Positions 34,860-45,644 of a DNA stretch of 64,000 bases are shown one piece after another; the stretch's first letter is position 1, and each line of letters opens with the position of its first letter. The notes under the pieces were generated by a model. The model ran no database searches. It saw only the letters and a list, made by a program, of their open reading frames with translations, and was not told the origin of the DNA. The position numbers and the translations under genes are program-made. Source of the DNA: a virus; IMG/VR virus record IMGVR_UViG_3300036771_000052, positions 33,862 to 97,861 of that record. One strand, 5' to 3'.

Positions 34860-36305
34860 ATGCCTAGAAAGATCGTGATCGACCCTGACGCTATCACCGG
34901 GGATGAGATCGAGTACCGCAAGGACGATCTATTTAAGGTCACCATCCCGCGGAACATGCCGTATTCGAAGCTGATCGACATCTTGCAGGCGAAGAAGCTG
35001 GAACAAGACACTGTTGCGGATTTCCGCCGAGAGTTCAATTACCGTCCCCACGACGGCGCCGCCGCCACAGCTGTGGTACTCAAGGCCAGGTATGGGTTGG
35101 TGATGGGTAAATCCATCCCGCAAATGTTCGGACCCGACCAGCCACCCGTAGTCCTGGACATTCCGATTGGTCCTGGCGGGAAGACGATGCAAGCTCCGTG
35201 GGGGAGGATTCAAATCCCCGCGATCGCCGGGGGGGACGTGTACTTGGATGATTCTCACCATCGGGATTTTGGGAGAATTTTCCAGATCGTTGTCCGTGCG
35301 AAGAAAATGTTTTACAAGGAGATCGAATCGTTCTTCGCGGATGTTGCGGAGCAGCTGAAGAACGCGTCCATCTATCGGGGGAAGGCGGTGTGCGGCGCCG
35401 ATGAGCTCACCTTCATCGAAGACTTGGACAAGTTCGATCCGAACCATATTGTTTTCTCCGCGGGGGTGCAGGACAAGTTGGACGGGGCGCTGCTTTCCCC
35501 GCTGCGGTGGCCACAAGCATATAGGCGTGAGGGAATCAATCTGAAGCGCGCTGTGTTGCTTCACGGTCCGTATGGGACTGGGAAGACTTCGGTGGGGATG
35601 ATCACCGCGAAGGTGGCCGTGGAAAACGGGTGGACCTTTGTGATGGCTCGACCCGGCCGCGACCGTGTACAAGACGTTTTGACCACCGCGAGACTGTACG
35701 CGCCGGCTGTGGTGTGGGTTGAAGATATCGATACCGATACTGGGTCCTCCAACCCGAAGTCCATCAGCGAGATGTTGGATGCGTTCGACGGGATCAATTC
35801 CAAGCATGGCGAGATCATGGTCGCCATGTCGACTAACCACATTCAAAGGGTCCCCCCGGGGATGTTGCGTCCTGGCCGTCTTGACTATGTGATCGAGATC
35901 GCTGAACTTGACAGAGCCGCCACCGAGAAACTGTTGTGGGTTGTGGTGGCTCCCGGGAAGCTGGCTCCCGATGTCGACTTCGACGCGGTGTATGCCGAGA
36001 TGAACGGGTTCTTGCCGGCGTTTGTGAAGGCCACCGCCGACCGTGCACGTTCCTACGCTATCAACCGTACCCACGGCAACACCGACTATGTGTTGACCAC
36101 GGATGATTTGGTGAATGCGGCGAGGAGTCTCCACGACCAGCTCGCGCTCCATCAAGGCGCTTCCGATCCCGCTCCTCTGCCGACCGCGGACAAGGTCCTT
36201 AAGTCGTTGGTGGGTAGCGGTGTGGATGGGATGCAGTTGAAGCAGAAAAATAACGGCACGTTCGAATTGAAGCTTCCGGCGGCTCCCGTCCGCAACGGGA
36301 ACTGA
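34860..36305 (+). CDS. Classic-clade AAA ATPase
   Basis: GPYGTGKT, VWVEDID, STNH, LRPGRLD. Confidence 0.9.
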   Translation: MPRKIVIDPDAITGDEIEYRKDDLFKVTIPRNMPYSKLIDILQAKKLEQDTVADFRREFNYRPHDGAAATAVVLKARYGLVMGKSIPQMFGPDQPPVVLDIPIGPGGKTMQAPWGRIQIPAIAGGDVYLDDSHHRDFGRIFQIVVRAKKMFYKEIESFFADVAEQLKNASIYRGKAVCGADELTFIEDLDKFDPNHIVFSAGVQDKLDGALLSPLRWPQAYRREGINLKRAVLLHGPYGTGKTSVGMITAKVAVENGWTFVMARPGRDRVQDVLTTARLYAPAVVWVEDIDTDTGSSNPKSISEMLDAFDGINSKHGEIMVAMSTNHIQRVPPGMLRPGRLDYVIEIAELDRAATEKLLWVVVAPGKLAPDVDFDAVYAEMNGFLPAFVKATADRARSYAINRTHGNTDYVLTTDDLVNAARSLHDQLALHQGASDPAPLPTADKVLKSLVGSGVDGMQLKQKNNGTFELKLPAAPVRNGN

Positions 36306-36316
36306 CGGAGGGAATG

Positions 36317-36346
36317 GGGGGGACCCCAATGGAGTGGGGTCCCCCC
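36317..36346 (+). terminator. GC hairpin after AAA ATPase
   Basis: ggggggacccca / tggggtcccccc. Confidence 0.55.
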
Positions 36347-36374
36347 TTCGGTAACACAACAAAGGAGAAAAGAA

Positions 36375-36599
36375 GTGCCTGTCCTGAATGTGTTGGACCG
36401 TACCGGGGACACCCGGATCGAGTGGACCCCGGGGAACGAGGCGGAGGTGGAGGTCGCTCGGATCGCGTTTGACGCGGCGAAGGCGAAGGGTTTCCTCACC
36501 TACCGGTGTGACGCCGATGGGAATAAGGGTGAGGTTATCCACGAGTTCGATCCGGCGGTGGCGCAGATCATCGCGGCGCCGCCGACTGTCGGCGGCTGA
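36375..36599 (+). CDS. Conserved small protein
   Basis: LD.TGDTRI.W......EV..AR..FD.....G...Y......FDP......P..VGG. Confidence 0.65.
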   Translation: MPVLNVLDRTGDTRIEWTPGNEAEVEVARIAFDAAKAKGFLTYRCDADGNKGEVIHEFDPAVAQIIAAPPTVGG

Positions 36600-36605
36600 G
36601 TAAAA

Positions 36606-37253
36606 ATGCCTGAGGCGGTGGCCACGAATACGTACTCCTTCACGGTGGGATATAACAGCTCGAACACTGTCACGGGACCCTACTATTCGGCCACCGCCTC
36701 AAGCACCAACTTCACCATGACCGTGGAACATAATCTCGCTGCGCAAGAGGCGATCAACCAAATACGCGAGATGTTCGATGAGAGGAATTATCGGCGGCGG
36801 GAACTCACCCCGGAGGAAGAAGCGGAGCAACGGCGCCGGGCAGAGGAACGTGAACGCGAATACGAAGAATACCACCGTCAACGCCAACAAGCTCACGACC
36901 GCTCCCGCGAACTACTGATCTCCGTCCTCGACTCTACACAGCGGGAAACCTATGAGGAGCTTGAATGGTTCGAGGTCACCGGGTCGGCGGGGAACCGATA
37001 CAGAATCCACCGGGGAAACTCCGGGAATATTCACTGGTTGTCTGATGGTGATGTGCGGGGTCGGCTGTGTGCGCATCCGGATTTCAGTCATGGCTATCTG
37101 CCTGATCCGGATGTTGCGTTGGCGCAGATGCTTGCTTTGCAAACTGATGAACCTGGTTTTATCCGATTGGCGAATGTCCATCGGGGGGAACGTCCCACGT
37201 TTGGAGATGAAGATGTCAACGTACCGGCGGACCGTGCAAACTACGCGGCTTGA
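36606..37253 (+). CDS. Hypothetical protein
   Basis: F.VTGS.G.RYRI, LCAHP, LP..D..LAQ.L.L..DE..F...AN. Confidence 0.65.
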   Translation: MPEAVATNTYSFTVGYNSSNTVTGPYYSATASSTNFTMTVEHNLAAQEAINQIREMFDERNYRRRELTPEEEAEQRRRAEEREREYEEYHRQRQQAHDRSRELLISVLDSTQRETYEELEWFEVTGSAGNRYRIHRGNSGNIHWLSDGDVRGRLCAHPDFSHGYLPDPDVALAQMLALQTDEPGFIRLANVHRGERPTFGDEDVNVPADRANYAA

Positions 37254-38464
37254 TTACCACATTCCGGCGTCGGACAGGTGGGGAGCGTCGTGGTCGGAAG
37301 TGGATAAAGCTGTCCGTGCGGCGTATCAGGAGGTGTTACGCGGTGGTAGACAGCCGGTGGATGTGGCGGATGATGCTATTCGTTTGTGGCCGGCGGATGG
37401 GGAGATCATTGTGTCGGTCGAGTTGGAACGCGAGATTGTGGCCACCGAGGGAGCGTCGTGACCGACATTCAGTGGGTGGGTAAGCCGCTGCTTATTCAGA
37501 TGGTGAAACCCGAACGGGATAAAGACGATGCGGAGGTGTTCCTCCTCGCCTTCCTCATCGAGGTGTTTGCGCGTCCAGCGATTTTTATGTTCGGTTTGAG
37601 TTATGCGCATGGTTTGTTCCCGATGGTGCCGGCTGCTGGGTATTGGCAGTGTTTCTGGATCGGCGCCGCGATCGCATGGTTTATGGCGATGGTGAAGCCA
37701 CGTAAGACGTGGTATGAGAACTAACATGTACGTGTATCTCACCAGCGATTTCACTAACCCGGTCACGAAGGAAGCTCTCGGGTCGGGGATGACTCTCGAT
37801 AAATGCGGCGACAAGATCATCGGCGTGGAGTTTTTAAGTTTCCTCCGCGTCCAGGTCGGCGGGAGGGACATTATCGAGGAGCGGGACAAGCTTTATGAGG
37901 CGTTGCAGCGTATCGCTTCCGAGCGTTGTTTCATCGAGGACATCATGGGGAGTCCTTGCAGGGAACGTGGTCCTAGTTACAGGTTATGCGGTGCGTGTAT
38001 CGCCAATGAGACTTTACAGAAGCTAAGAGGCTGACTCATGTGTGGAATGTGTGAGAACCCGGCGGGACATATCGCCGCGGTGGACCAAACCAGGACGGAG
38101 CTCGGGGAGAACCTCGATAAAACCCTCACCTCGATCGGGAACGCGTTGAAAGACGGAGTCGATCCGTCGTTGGTGTGGATGAAAGTTGCGACCGATTTGG
38201 TGACGGTGTTTGAGATTCCCGACGACCGCCTCGAACTCGGCTACATGTTCGCGGAATGTTTGGTGCGGGACGCCGCGAGAAATGGCTGAACCGGTTTTAG
38301 GTCCGTCGAAAGATGGGATTTATCCGCGGTGTGTGTTCTGTCGCGGAGAAAACTATGGACCAGCGGTGATTGCGTACAGCCGTAGAGAGATTCCGTGTGT
38401 CGCTGTGGCTGGCTGCGGCGAGTACCTCCCGGAGTCCTACGTGTCGCTCCCGAAGGATGGGTAA
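37213..38464 (+). other. Run of small hypothetical CDSs (37213-37461, 37458-37724, 37714-38034, 38038-38289, 38282-38464)
   Basis: Tightly coupled start/stop overlaps. Confidence 0.55.
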
Positions 38465-39669
38465 TGAACCTCGACGACCTGATCGACCCACTGGATTTGA
38501 AACTTGCGGTGGAGGTGAAAGATGTATCGACGCAACGTCACCCGACGTTGCCGTTGACTATCTATAATTACACTACGCAGTGTCAGTTCCGCCGCAATTG
38601 GACCCCGACGACACGCTTGGCGCGGGGTTTGATTGTCCGCGATGATGGTGTTGTGGTGGCGCGGAGTTTCCCGAAGTTCTTCACTTATGGTGATCCGTTG
38701 GCGCCGGCTATCGGACCGGATGATTTGGTTGGTGTCACCGATAAGGTCGATGGTTCGTTGGGGATTGTGTATCCGACTCCGGCGGGTCCGGCTGTGGCTA
38801 CGAAGGCATCCTTCCAGTCGGAGCAGGCGATACATGCCACCAAGATTTGGTGGGAGCGTTATAAGGATGTGTTGATTCCGGTGGGGGTTACTCCGCTGGT
38901 TGAGATTGTGTATCCGTCGAACCGGGTTGTGGTTGATTATCACGGCATGGATGATCTTGTCCTCCTGGGTGGGATGGATATTGATACGGGATGGTTTGTT
39001 CGTGCGGATCGGATGGCGGCGTGGATGTCGTGGCCGGGTCCGGTCGCCGAACAATTCGGTTACACGACGTTCGCTGAGGTTGTCGCCGCTCCCCCGCGCG
39101 AGGGGAAAGAAGGTCTCGTCGTCCAGCTAGTGGACGGGGAGCGGGTGAAAATCAAACAGGACGACTATCTCGCTCTCCACCGGATTTTAACAGAGGTGAC
39201 GACAAGGAGAATCTGGGAGTTCCTCGCGGTGGAAGCCTGTTGGGATCAGGCTAAACCAAAAGAGGGGAAGACTCCCGCGGACTATTTGGAGTCGAAACTT
39301 CACTTGGATCGTAAGCGGATCGAGCAGTGTCACGCAACGGAGAACTGGAAGGAAGCGTTCCTCCAAAACGTCCCTGCGGCGTTCGAGGCGTGGCTGAACA
39401 AAACCGTTGAAGACCTCACCGCGAAGGCGAAAGCAGCGTACAAACGTGTCGCCAGGGACTACGGGTCCGCGGTCATGGCTTCTGGTCTGGACTTTGAAGA
39501 GGTGAAGAAACCGGAAAACCGCCACCAGTTCGTCAAGGCTGCGCAGGAGGTTGCGGTGGAGAACTGGCGCCTCACGGTGACGATGTTAGACGGGAACGAG
39601 TTTATGACGTGGGCGTGGCTTCAGTGTTACCCGGAGCATGAGAAGCCGTTCACGGTGGAGGAGCCATGA
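38464..39669 (+). CDS. RNA ligase, T4 Rnl1-like
   Basis: YNYT, RGLI, FPKFF, motif I KVDGSLG, EGLVV, RVKIK. Confidence 0.9.
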   Translation: MNLDDLIDPLDLKLAVEVKDVSTQRHPTLPLTIYNYTTQCQFRRNWTPTTRLARGLIVRDDGVVVARSFPKFFTYGDPLAPAIGPDDLVGVTDKVDGSLGIVYPTPAGPAVATKASFQSEQAIHATKIWWERYKDVLIPVGVTPLVEIVYPSNRVVVDYHGMDDLVLLGGMDIDTGWFVRADRMAAWMSWPGPVAEQFGYTTFAEVVAAPPREGKEGLVVQLVDGERVKIKQDDYLALHRILTEVTTRRIWEFLAVEACWDQAKPKEGKTPADYLESKLHLDRKRIEQCHATENWKEAFLQNVPAAFEAWLNKTVEDLTAKAKAAYKRVARDYGSAVMASGLDFEEVKKPENRHQFVKAAQEVAVENWRLTVTMLDGNEFMTWAWLQCYPEHEKPFTVEEP

Positions 39670-40589
39670 CGGGAACGCTGTTCATCACCAGGGGTTTGCC
39701 GGCGAGCGGGAAATCAACATTTGCTAAGAAGATCATTGAGTCCCGTCCGGCGGGGTCGGTGGTGAGGCTGTGTCGGGACGATTTCCGCGCGATGATGCTC
39801 CCATCTTACTACCGTCAACCGGAGTACCGCGCAGAGCAGATTGTGACTCTTGTCCAGCAGGGTCAGATCACCGCGTTGTTGTTGGCCGGGGTGGATGTGA
39901 TCGTGGACGACACTAATCTTCGAGCTCGCACCGTCAAAAGGTTAGCGATGATGGCGGAGAAAGCGGACGCGAAGTGGGAGTGTTTGGACCAGTTCCTTGA
40001 GGTTCCGGTGGAGGAATGCATCCGAAGGGATAAGGTTCGGGATAGTCCGATTGGAGAGATGGTGATTCGGGGGATGTGGCGGAAGTATTTGTCTCATGGT
40101 AGGCAGCTTCCTCTCCCGGAGTTTGACACGTGTGTGTTGGGGAAGCCGTATGTTCCCCCGGAGGGTGGGACGCCAGCTGTGATCGTGGACATCGACGGAA
40201 CTGTGGCGTTGATGAATGGTCGTGGACCTTACGACACCACAGGGTACGCAGAGGATAAACCGAACCTTCCGATTGTTGATGTGGTGCGGTTGGAGAAGAA
40301 AGCTGGGAACCACATCATTTTTTGCTCCGGTAGGGACAACAAGTTTTTCCCGGTGACACACAAGTGGATTGTAAAGAATGTGTTCGGCAAGCCGGACCCA
40401 GTGTTTTCCTTGTTTATGCGTCCCAACGACGATAAACGCAATGATGCGGTGGTGAAATTGGAGCTGTTCGACAAACACATCCGCCACGAATTCGATGTGA
40501 AAAGAGTCTATGACGACCGGGATCGTGTTGTTTCGGCTTACCGTGGAATAGGGTTGACCGTATTGCAGGTAGCGGAAGGAGATTTCTAA
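39666..40589 (+). CDS. pseT: Polynucleotide 5'-kinase/3'-phosphatase (T4 Pnkp/PseT-like)
   Basis: GLPASGKST, RDD, DDTN; HAD DIDGT, SGR, YDDR. Confidence 0.92.
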   Translation: MTGTLFITRGLPASGKSTFAKKIIESRPAGSVVRLCRDDFRAMMLPSYYRQPEYRAEQIVTLVQQGQITALLLAGVDVIVDDTNLRARTVKRLAMMAEKADAKWECLDQFLEVPVEECIRRDKVRDSPIGEMVIRGMWRKYLSHGRQLPLPEFDTCVLGKPYVPPEGGTPAVIVDIDGTVALMNGRGPYDTTGYAEDKPNLPIVDVVRLEKKAGNHIIFCSGRDNKFFPVTHKWIVKNVFGKPDPVFSLFMRPNDDKRNDAVVKLELFDKHIRHEFDVKRVYDDRDRVVSAYRGIGLTVLQVAEGDF

Positions 40590-41095
40590 TGACGGCGGCG
40601 TGTGGTCAACCCCGACGCTGGTCGGTGTGGTTAACCCATCACCAGCTGGAAGTGTATATTTTCTTCGCTGTCGGTGCGACTTTGAATCAAATGTTCGACA
40701 ACATGTTCGCTGTGGGTTTGTTGTTGACAGCGTTTGTGGGGTTGTGCGCGGTGTGTGTGGCGTTGATTCGACATAACGCGGTGTTGTGTGAGCGATGTAT
40801 CGCGGATTTCCCGGTTGATGGTGAGGCGCAGGCGGAGAAGCATAACTTGTCGCTGGCGTACACCCACAATATCAATAATATGTTGTGGCGCGCCGCGATT
40901 TACTGGTTCGCCGCGTTGATTATTGGTTCCGCGTGGCCGATTTTAACTGGGTTGCCGTGGGTTGTGATTTGTTTAGATTTACGCGCGAGGATGCTCCATC
41001 GCCGTTTGGAGCCGTGGTGTCCGTGGTGCCGGAACGATGACGATTGGGGTGTTTCTGTTGAGACACCTGTTCCGACTGGAGAGGCGACACGATGA
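40589..41095 (+). CDS. Membrane protein with CERC and CPWC motifs
   Basis: Hydrophobic segments, H..L.PWCPWC. Confidence 0.6.
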   Translation: MTAACGQPRRWSVWLTHHQLEVYIFFAVGATLNQMFDNMFAVGLLLTAFVGLCAVCVALIRHNAVLCERCIADFPVDGEAQAEKHNLSLAYTHNINNMLWRAAIYWFAALIIGSAWPILTGLPWVVICLDLRARMLHRRLEPWCPWCRNDDDWGVSVETPVPTGEATR

Positions 41096-41481
41096 ACGCT
41101 GAACCGTACCGTCAGACCATTCCCACGAACATGATTTTGGGGACGATGGCTGATGGGAAGGAACGTTATGGCGGTGAGATCGCCAGGATGACTGGGTTGC
41201 GACCTGCCAGTGTGTACGCGATTTTGTATAGATTGTATTCGCGGGGTTTTTTGTTGGACCGGTGGGAGAATGTTGCCACGTTGCGGGGTCCGCGGAAACG
41301 GTATTGGCGATTGAACCCGGAGAACCCCCTTCCTACTGAGTTGGAGCAGTTGCGTGCGGAGAATCTGGTGTTGAAGCGGCAGCTGCGGGAGAAGTCGACG
41401 GCGCAGGTGGCGTTGGCGGAGGAGTTCCATTCGTTGGTTGATGAGGTTCGGAAGGGTTTGTCTGCGATGGTGCAAAAGTGA
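41092..41481 (+). CDS. PadR-like winged-helix regulator
   Basis: ERYG.EIA..TGL...SVY.IL.RL...G.L..RWE......P.RYWRL. Confidence 0.8.
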   Translation: MNAEPYRQTIPTNMILGTMADGKERYGGEIARMTGLRPASVYAILYRLYSRGFLLDRWENVATLRGPRKRYWRLNPENPLPTELEQLRAENLVLKRQLREKSTAQVALAEEFHSLVDEVRKGLSAMVQK

Positions 41482-42776
41482 CGCTCACATACAATCAGAG
41501 GATGCGCGCGGCCGATGCGTTGCGCTACCAGGTCACCCCGAGCGCGGTTCACCCGTTCCACACGTTGACGTCGAGCCAACAGGAATATTGGCTTGGCCAG
41601 GCGGATGCGGTAATCGACCAGTTGCGTGAAGAAGACTTGATTGATGACGACACGAAGCGGGATGGGACGATCACCGCGATGGGGGATGAGATTGAGCGTC
41701 TCCAATCGCAGTTGAAGGAATGTCGAAAGCAGATCATCGAACTGTCGGCCACCATTAATCGGCGTAATTCGTCGTTGACTGGTGAGGATATGCGTAAGCG
41801 CGCGGCGAGTGCGGCGCGATGCGCATATCTACAAGACGCTGGTTCGTCCTTCGACGATATCACTCCATATAACCAGGAGAGATGGTATGCGGTGGCGGAC
41901 GCGGTCATTCTCCGACTCCAGGACGACGGATTGATTGCGGAAGGTCGTTGTCCGGACGCGCTATCGAAGATCTACAAGCTGTGGAACGACGACAGCCTCG
42001 AACACTACCGGAGGCATCTCTCCTCAAGTTGGCCTGCTCTGCTTGAAGCGATTGATGAGTTGGTGAATTGTGGCGACACCACGTCCAGCGAGATTGCAGC
42101 GCTCAAGGCCGAGGTTGAGCTGTGGAAGCGGCGTAAGAACTTCGTGGACTCCCGCATGGAAGTTCTTTTGGGGAAGAACGCTAGTCTTGAGCAGAGGATC
42201 GCAACGCTCGTCGGGGACAATGAGAGCCTTGTCAAGATGGCTGAACACGAGAGCAGCTACTACGAACGTTATCGGACTGCTGTTGCGCGAGCGGACCGTA
42301 TAGACGATGAGGTCAAACGTTTCCAGACGAGTAATCAGCGACTTCGTGACGATCTAACTGCCGCAAATAAGAGAGCAAAACACTTCGAACAGGTCAAGGA
42401 TTCTTTGCGTAAAGTGTTCGACGTCGACCGCGAGAAATGGACCGTAGAGATCGGGGAACTGAAGCGACACAACGAGGAACTCACGTCCCTCAACAAATAC
42501 CTTGAGGACGACAGAGAGACGTGGAAGTGGTCGGACTTCACGTCGTCGAGTGAGTTGGAGAAGTTGCGCAAGCAAATCGCGGAGATCACCGACGATATGG
42601 CGTGTGGGGTAGCCGATTGCGGATGCGCGCCGAAGAATCTTCTACCGTATTTCAACCGGTTGATGAGAATTCGAGACCCGAAACCTGGGAAACCCGTCTA
42701 CAAGAAGGTGCTCAATGGGAAAAGTCACGGTCACCGAGTGGGAGATTCGGTACAGGAGTCTGCATTGGGAGACTGA
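41478..42776 (+). CDS. Coiled-coil protein with internal duplicated motif
   Basis: Q..W...ADAVI..L....LI occurs twice. Confidence 0.6.
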   Translation: MTLTYNQRMRAADALRYQVTPSAVHPFHTLTSSQQEYWLGQADAVIDQLREEDLIDDDTKRDGTITAMGDEIERLQSQLKECRKQIIELSATINRRNSSLTGEDMRKRAASAARCAYLQDAGSSFDDITPYNQERWYAVADAVILRLQDDGLIAEGRCPDALSKIYKLWNDDSLEHYRRHLSSSWPALLEAIDELVNCGDTTSSEIAALKAEVELWKRRKNFVDSRMEVLLGKNASLEQRIATLVGDNESLVKMAEHESSYYERYRTAVARADRIDDEVKRFQTSNQRLRDDLTAANKRAKHFEQVKDSLRKVFDVDREKWTVEIGELKRHNEELTSLNKYLEDDRETWKWSDFTSSSELEKLRKQIAEITDDMACGVADCGCAPKNLLPYFNRLMRIRDPKPGKPVYKKVLNGKSHGHRVGDSVQESALGD

Positions 42777-42942
42777 AGAGTTCAGCGACTATGTTTCTGT
42801 TGAAGAATGTTTAGATGAAGCGGAAGCGATGGATGTCTATCGGGACCTCAAAATGTCTCCGAATGCGTATACGGATGTTCACCTCATGAAACGGATCGTG
42901 GTCCGTGATGAGGCCGAGTGGGAAGAAGTTTTAGATGACTGA
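42715..42942 (+). CDS. Hypothetical protein
   Basis: ORF track; coupled to next gene. Confidence 0.45.
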   Translation: MGKVTVTEWEIRYRSLHWETEEFSDYVSVEECLDEAEAMDVYRDLKMSPNAYTDVHLMKRIVVRDEAEWEEVLDD

Positions 42943-43570
42943 CGCGAATTATACGGCGATCATGCTGTTGGTGGACCGTAGTGGCTCGATGATTTCGATT
43001 AGGGACAGCGCCGCTGAGGCTGTCAACGGGTTTTTGGATCAGCAGAGGACGGCTACAGGTCGGCGTACGGTGCGGGTCGCGCAGTTCGACACCCAGTATG
43101 AGACAGTCCACAAATCCCTCAACGCTGCGGACATCCCGAAGTATGAATTGCTTCCTCGTTATGGGACAGCGTTGCATGACGCGATGGGATGCTCCATTGA
43201 CGAGTTTGGTGCTGAGCTTGCTCTGTTGAAGGAGGAGGAGCGTCCGTCCACGGTGATCTATGCGGTGATGACTGACGGGTTGGAGAATGCGTCGACGGAG
43301 TACACCCGCGAACAGATTCGGGAGATGGTTCGCCACCAGGAAGACAAATACTCGTGGCAGATTCTGTACTTGGGTGCGAACCAGGACGCAATCCGGGTCG
43401 GTCATGGTTTGGGTGTTCGCATGGATAGGTCTATCTCGTATTCGGCGAGTGATGTGGGGACGCGCGCGGTGACGAATTCGCTGTCTGGGTATGTGGCGGC
43501 GGCGTCGGCGGGAACTCACGCCACGTTTTCCGATGAGGATCGTGAAGAGGCCATGAAGGATGATGAATGA
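42935..43570 (+). CDS. Stand-alone vWA-domain protein
   Basis: MIDAS DRSGSM, TALHDA, TDGLENAS, YLGANQDA. Confidence 0.9.
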   Translation: MTDANYTAIMLLVDRSGSMISIRDSAAEAVNGFLDQQRTATGRRTVRVAQFDTQYETVHKSLNAADIPKYELLPRYGTALHDAMGCSIDEFGAELALLKEEERPSTVIYAVMTDGLENASTEYTREQIREMVRHQEDKYSWQILYLGANQDAIRVGHGLGVRMDRSISYSASDVGTRAVTNSLSGYVAAASAGTHATFSDEDREEAMKDDE

Positions 43571-43656
43571 ATCTTTATACCGGTTTTTGACGGAGAAGTT
43601 GTCGAAAGCGCCGTGTGAGTGTTGGGGGACGAACGAACGATGGTGTCCGGAGTGGC

Positions 43657-44635
43657 ATGACCAGGATGAGTGGTGTTGGCCGTGTGAAGCGCGAGCAAGA
43701 TTGGACGGAACCTGGCGTGGACCCTGACGACAAAGTGGAGGACCCACTTCTAGTTTTGGCTGATCAGCTTCACGTCCTCATCAGCCAGGAACAGGAATGT
43801 TCCGAACCGGATGGTGATCCGATGTGTTATCGGTTAGCGACGGAGCTTATACGTTTGGGTTGGCGGAATGACTGACGAGGAAGTGGCCGCGCTGCGTTGG
43901 GAGCATTCGAAGCTTTTAGCGGAGGTGGAGAAGCTTCGTCGTATTGCGGAGCGTGTCGCCGGGGCTCTCTGCGAACACGCTTCTTCTGTTGAGGGTCGGC
44001 GTTGTTCGCAGTGGTTGATCAATGGGGAGATTTTGTGGTGTTGGCCGTGTCAAGTCCGAGCAGTGTTAGAAGGGAGTTGGGATGGACGCTGAGTTCGAGT
44101 GTCCCGAGTGTGGAGCGGTGGTCCGTGGTCAGATGGCGAACGTGGATGAACCTATTTTGATTGATTTGCCGCTGGAGCCGCCGCGGAATCGTATCATCGA
44201 AATGGTCAATGGTTGTGGTGAGGTTGTGGAAAGTTATGTTTATGATGAGAAGGTGGGTGAGTGGTCTCTGACGGAGACTGGGTTTCATTTTATGTGGTAT
44301 GAGATTGTTGGTGATGCTATGTCCGCGGGTGAAACTCTGCGGAGTGTGCGTAATGAGGAGGAAGTATGTATCTGAATGTTGATCCGGTTGTTCCGATTGT
44401 TCCGATTGTTCCGCATGCTGTGGAGCCGGTCACTCCGGTGGTTCCGCATGTGATTGCTCCGGTGGGTCCGTATCTGCCGCGGTTGGCGGTGGATATGCCG
44501 GTGGTGCGTTCGTCGGTGTTGCCGTGTGCGCCGGTGCCGTCGGGTGCGTCGGAGGCGGTGTTGTTGTTGGCTATCGTGGGGTTGGGTTTGATTGTGTGGT
44601 TGGTTGTCCAGATGATTCGAGAATGGCGCGCATAG
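43657..44635 (+). other. Small hypothetical CDSs (about 43657-43875, 43868-44092, 44082-44375, 44366-44635)
   Basis: Overlapping start/stop chain. Confidence 0.5.
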
Positions 44636-44715
44636 ATATATACGGTTTAGGTTGTTTTCCGTGTAGATGATTAAGACCGAATGGTTGAATTCCGTTGGTG
44701 AAGAGTCGATAAACG

Positions 44716-44744
44716 TTCACAACCCACCTCAGGTGCGGTAGATT
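44716..44744 (+). promoter_or_regulatory. Candidate promoter
   Basis: TTCACA-N17-TAGATT in an AT-rich intergenic gap. Confidence 0.45.
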
Positions 44745-44772
44745 CCTCACTACGGGGGAAGAAGGAGTTCCG

Positions 44773-45087
44773 GTGGGAAAACACAGCCGGCCACCCACAC
44801 CACTGCAACAGTTCAACAGAAAATCCCGGCGAGCATGCGCGAAATGGGGGTCCTCCATAGCTTTAAGTTACCTCATCATCTCCGTCGCCGCCGTGAACAC
44901 ACAAGCCATCGCGGCACCACTCGACGTACACAAACCACCCGTCCACCACACACCAACAAGAATCGAACCAATCACCACCGCACCACTGCTAAAACAACCC
45001 CCTCCGCATGTGTTGATACAGCATCATGTGTGGCATCACGTGTGGAAAGACACACGCCACCACGTAAGAAAGCATCGTCGTGTATGA
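44773..45087 (+). CDS. Secreted/TM His-Pro-rich small protein
   Basis: MGKHS start, hydrophobic segment, His-rich tail. Confidence 0.5.
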   Translation: MGKHSRPPTPLQQFNRKSRRACAKWGSSIALSYLIISVAAVNTQAIAAPLDVHKPPVHHTPTRIEPITTAPLLKQPPPHVLIQHHVWHHVWKDTRHHVRKHRRV

Positions 45088-45221
45088 GTTGAAGGATTGC
45101 GCCGGCTGCGGGGAGCGTATGGAAATCCGGGACCTCCCGAACCATCTAGGGTTGGAACCGAAGTGGCGGTACAACAAACGGAAGTTCCATAATCGAGTGT
45201 GCAGGGAGGGTAGGAGAGCTG

Positions 45222-45644
45222 ATGCCGGATATCAGCAAGTTGGAAGCTGTCCTCGATCAGATCAGGATGCACCCGGAGACACATAACCAGGTGTATTGGG
45301 GTAAGAAAACTGCGTGTCACACGGCATACTGCTTCGCCGGGTGGACATGTGTACTGGAGGGATACAAGGATTTCGATTGGGAACTGTTTCGCCACACGTC
45401 GGTTGAGCTCGCCGAGTGTGTGAAAGTCGACGGCGCCTATCGTACGATCGGTGCTTTCGCCAGAGAAATTCTCGGGTTGAGCTCCAACTACGCTAACGTT
45501 TTGTTCTCTGCGACGAACACGTTTGATGAGCTTGAGTTGATGGTGAAGAACATCTCCAACGGCGACCACATCACTCACAATATCGAGAGGTTCGCCAAGT
45601 TCAACGCAGGACTGGAAGCCATCTGGGAACAGATCAATGGCTAA
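45222..45644 (+). CDS. Hypothetical protein, paralog pair A
   Basis: HP..H.Q..W.....C.T..CFAG. Confidence 0.7.
   Translation: MPDISKLEAVLDQIRMHPETHNQVYWGKKTACHTAYCFAGWTCVLEGYKDFDWELFRHTSVELAECVKVDGAYRTIGAFAREILGLSSNYANVLFSATNTFDELELMVKNISNGDHITHNIERFAKFNAGLEAIWEQING

Noticed and set aside
34929-36542. 537-aa minus-strand ORF (also 59753-61264 and similar long antisense ORFs)
   Set aside because: Shadows of well-supported plus-strand genes in GC-rich DNA; no motifs.
42935-43570. Ro60 partner for the Y-like RNA
   Set aside because: Only a 211-aa stand-alone vWA domain with no TROVE domain, and 25 kb away.
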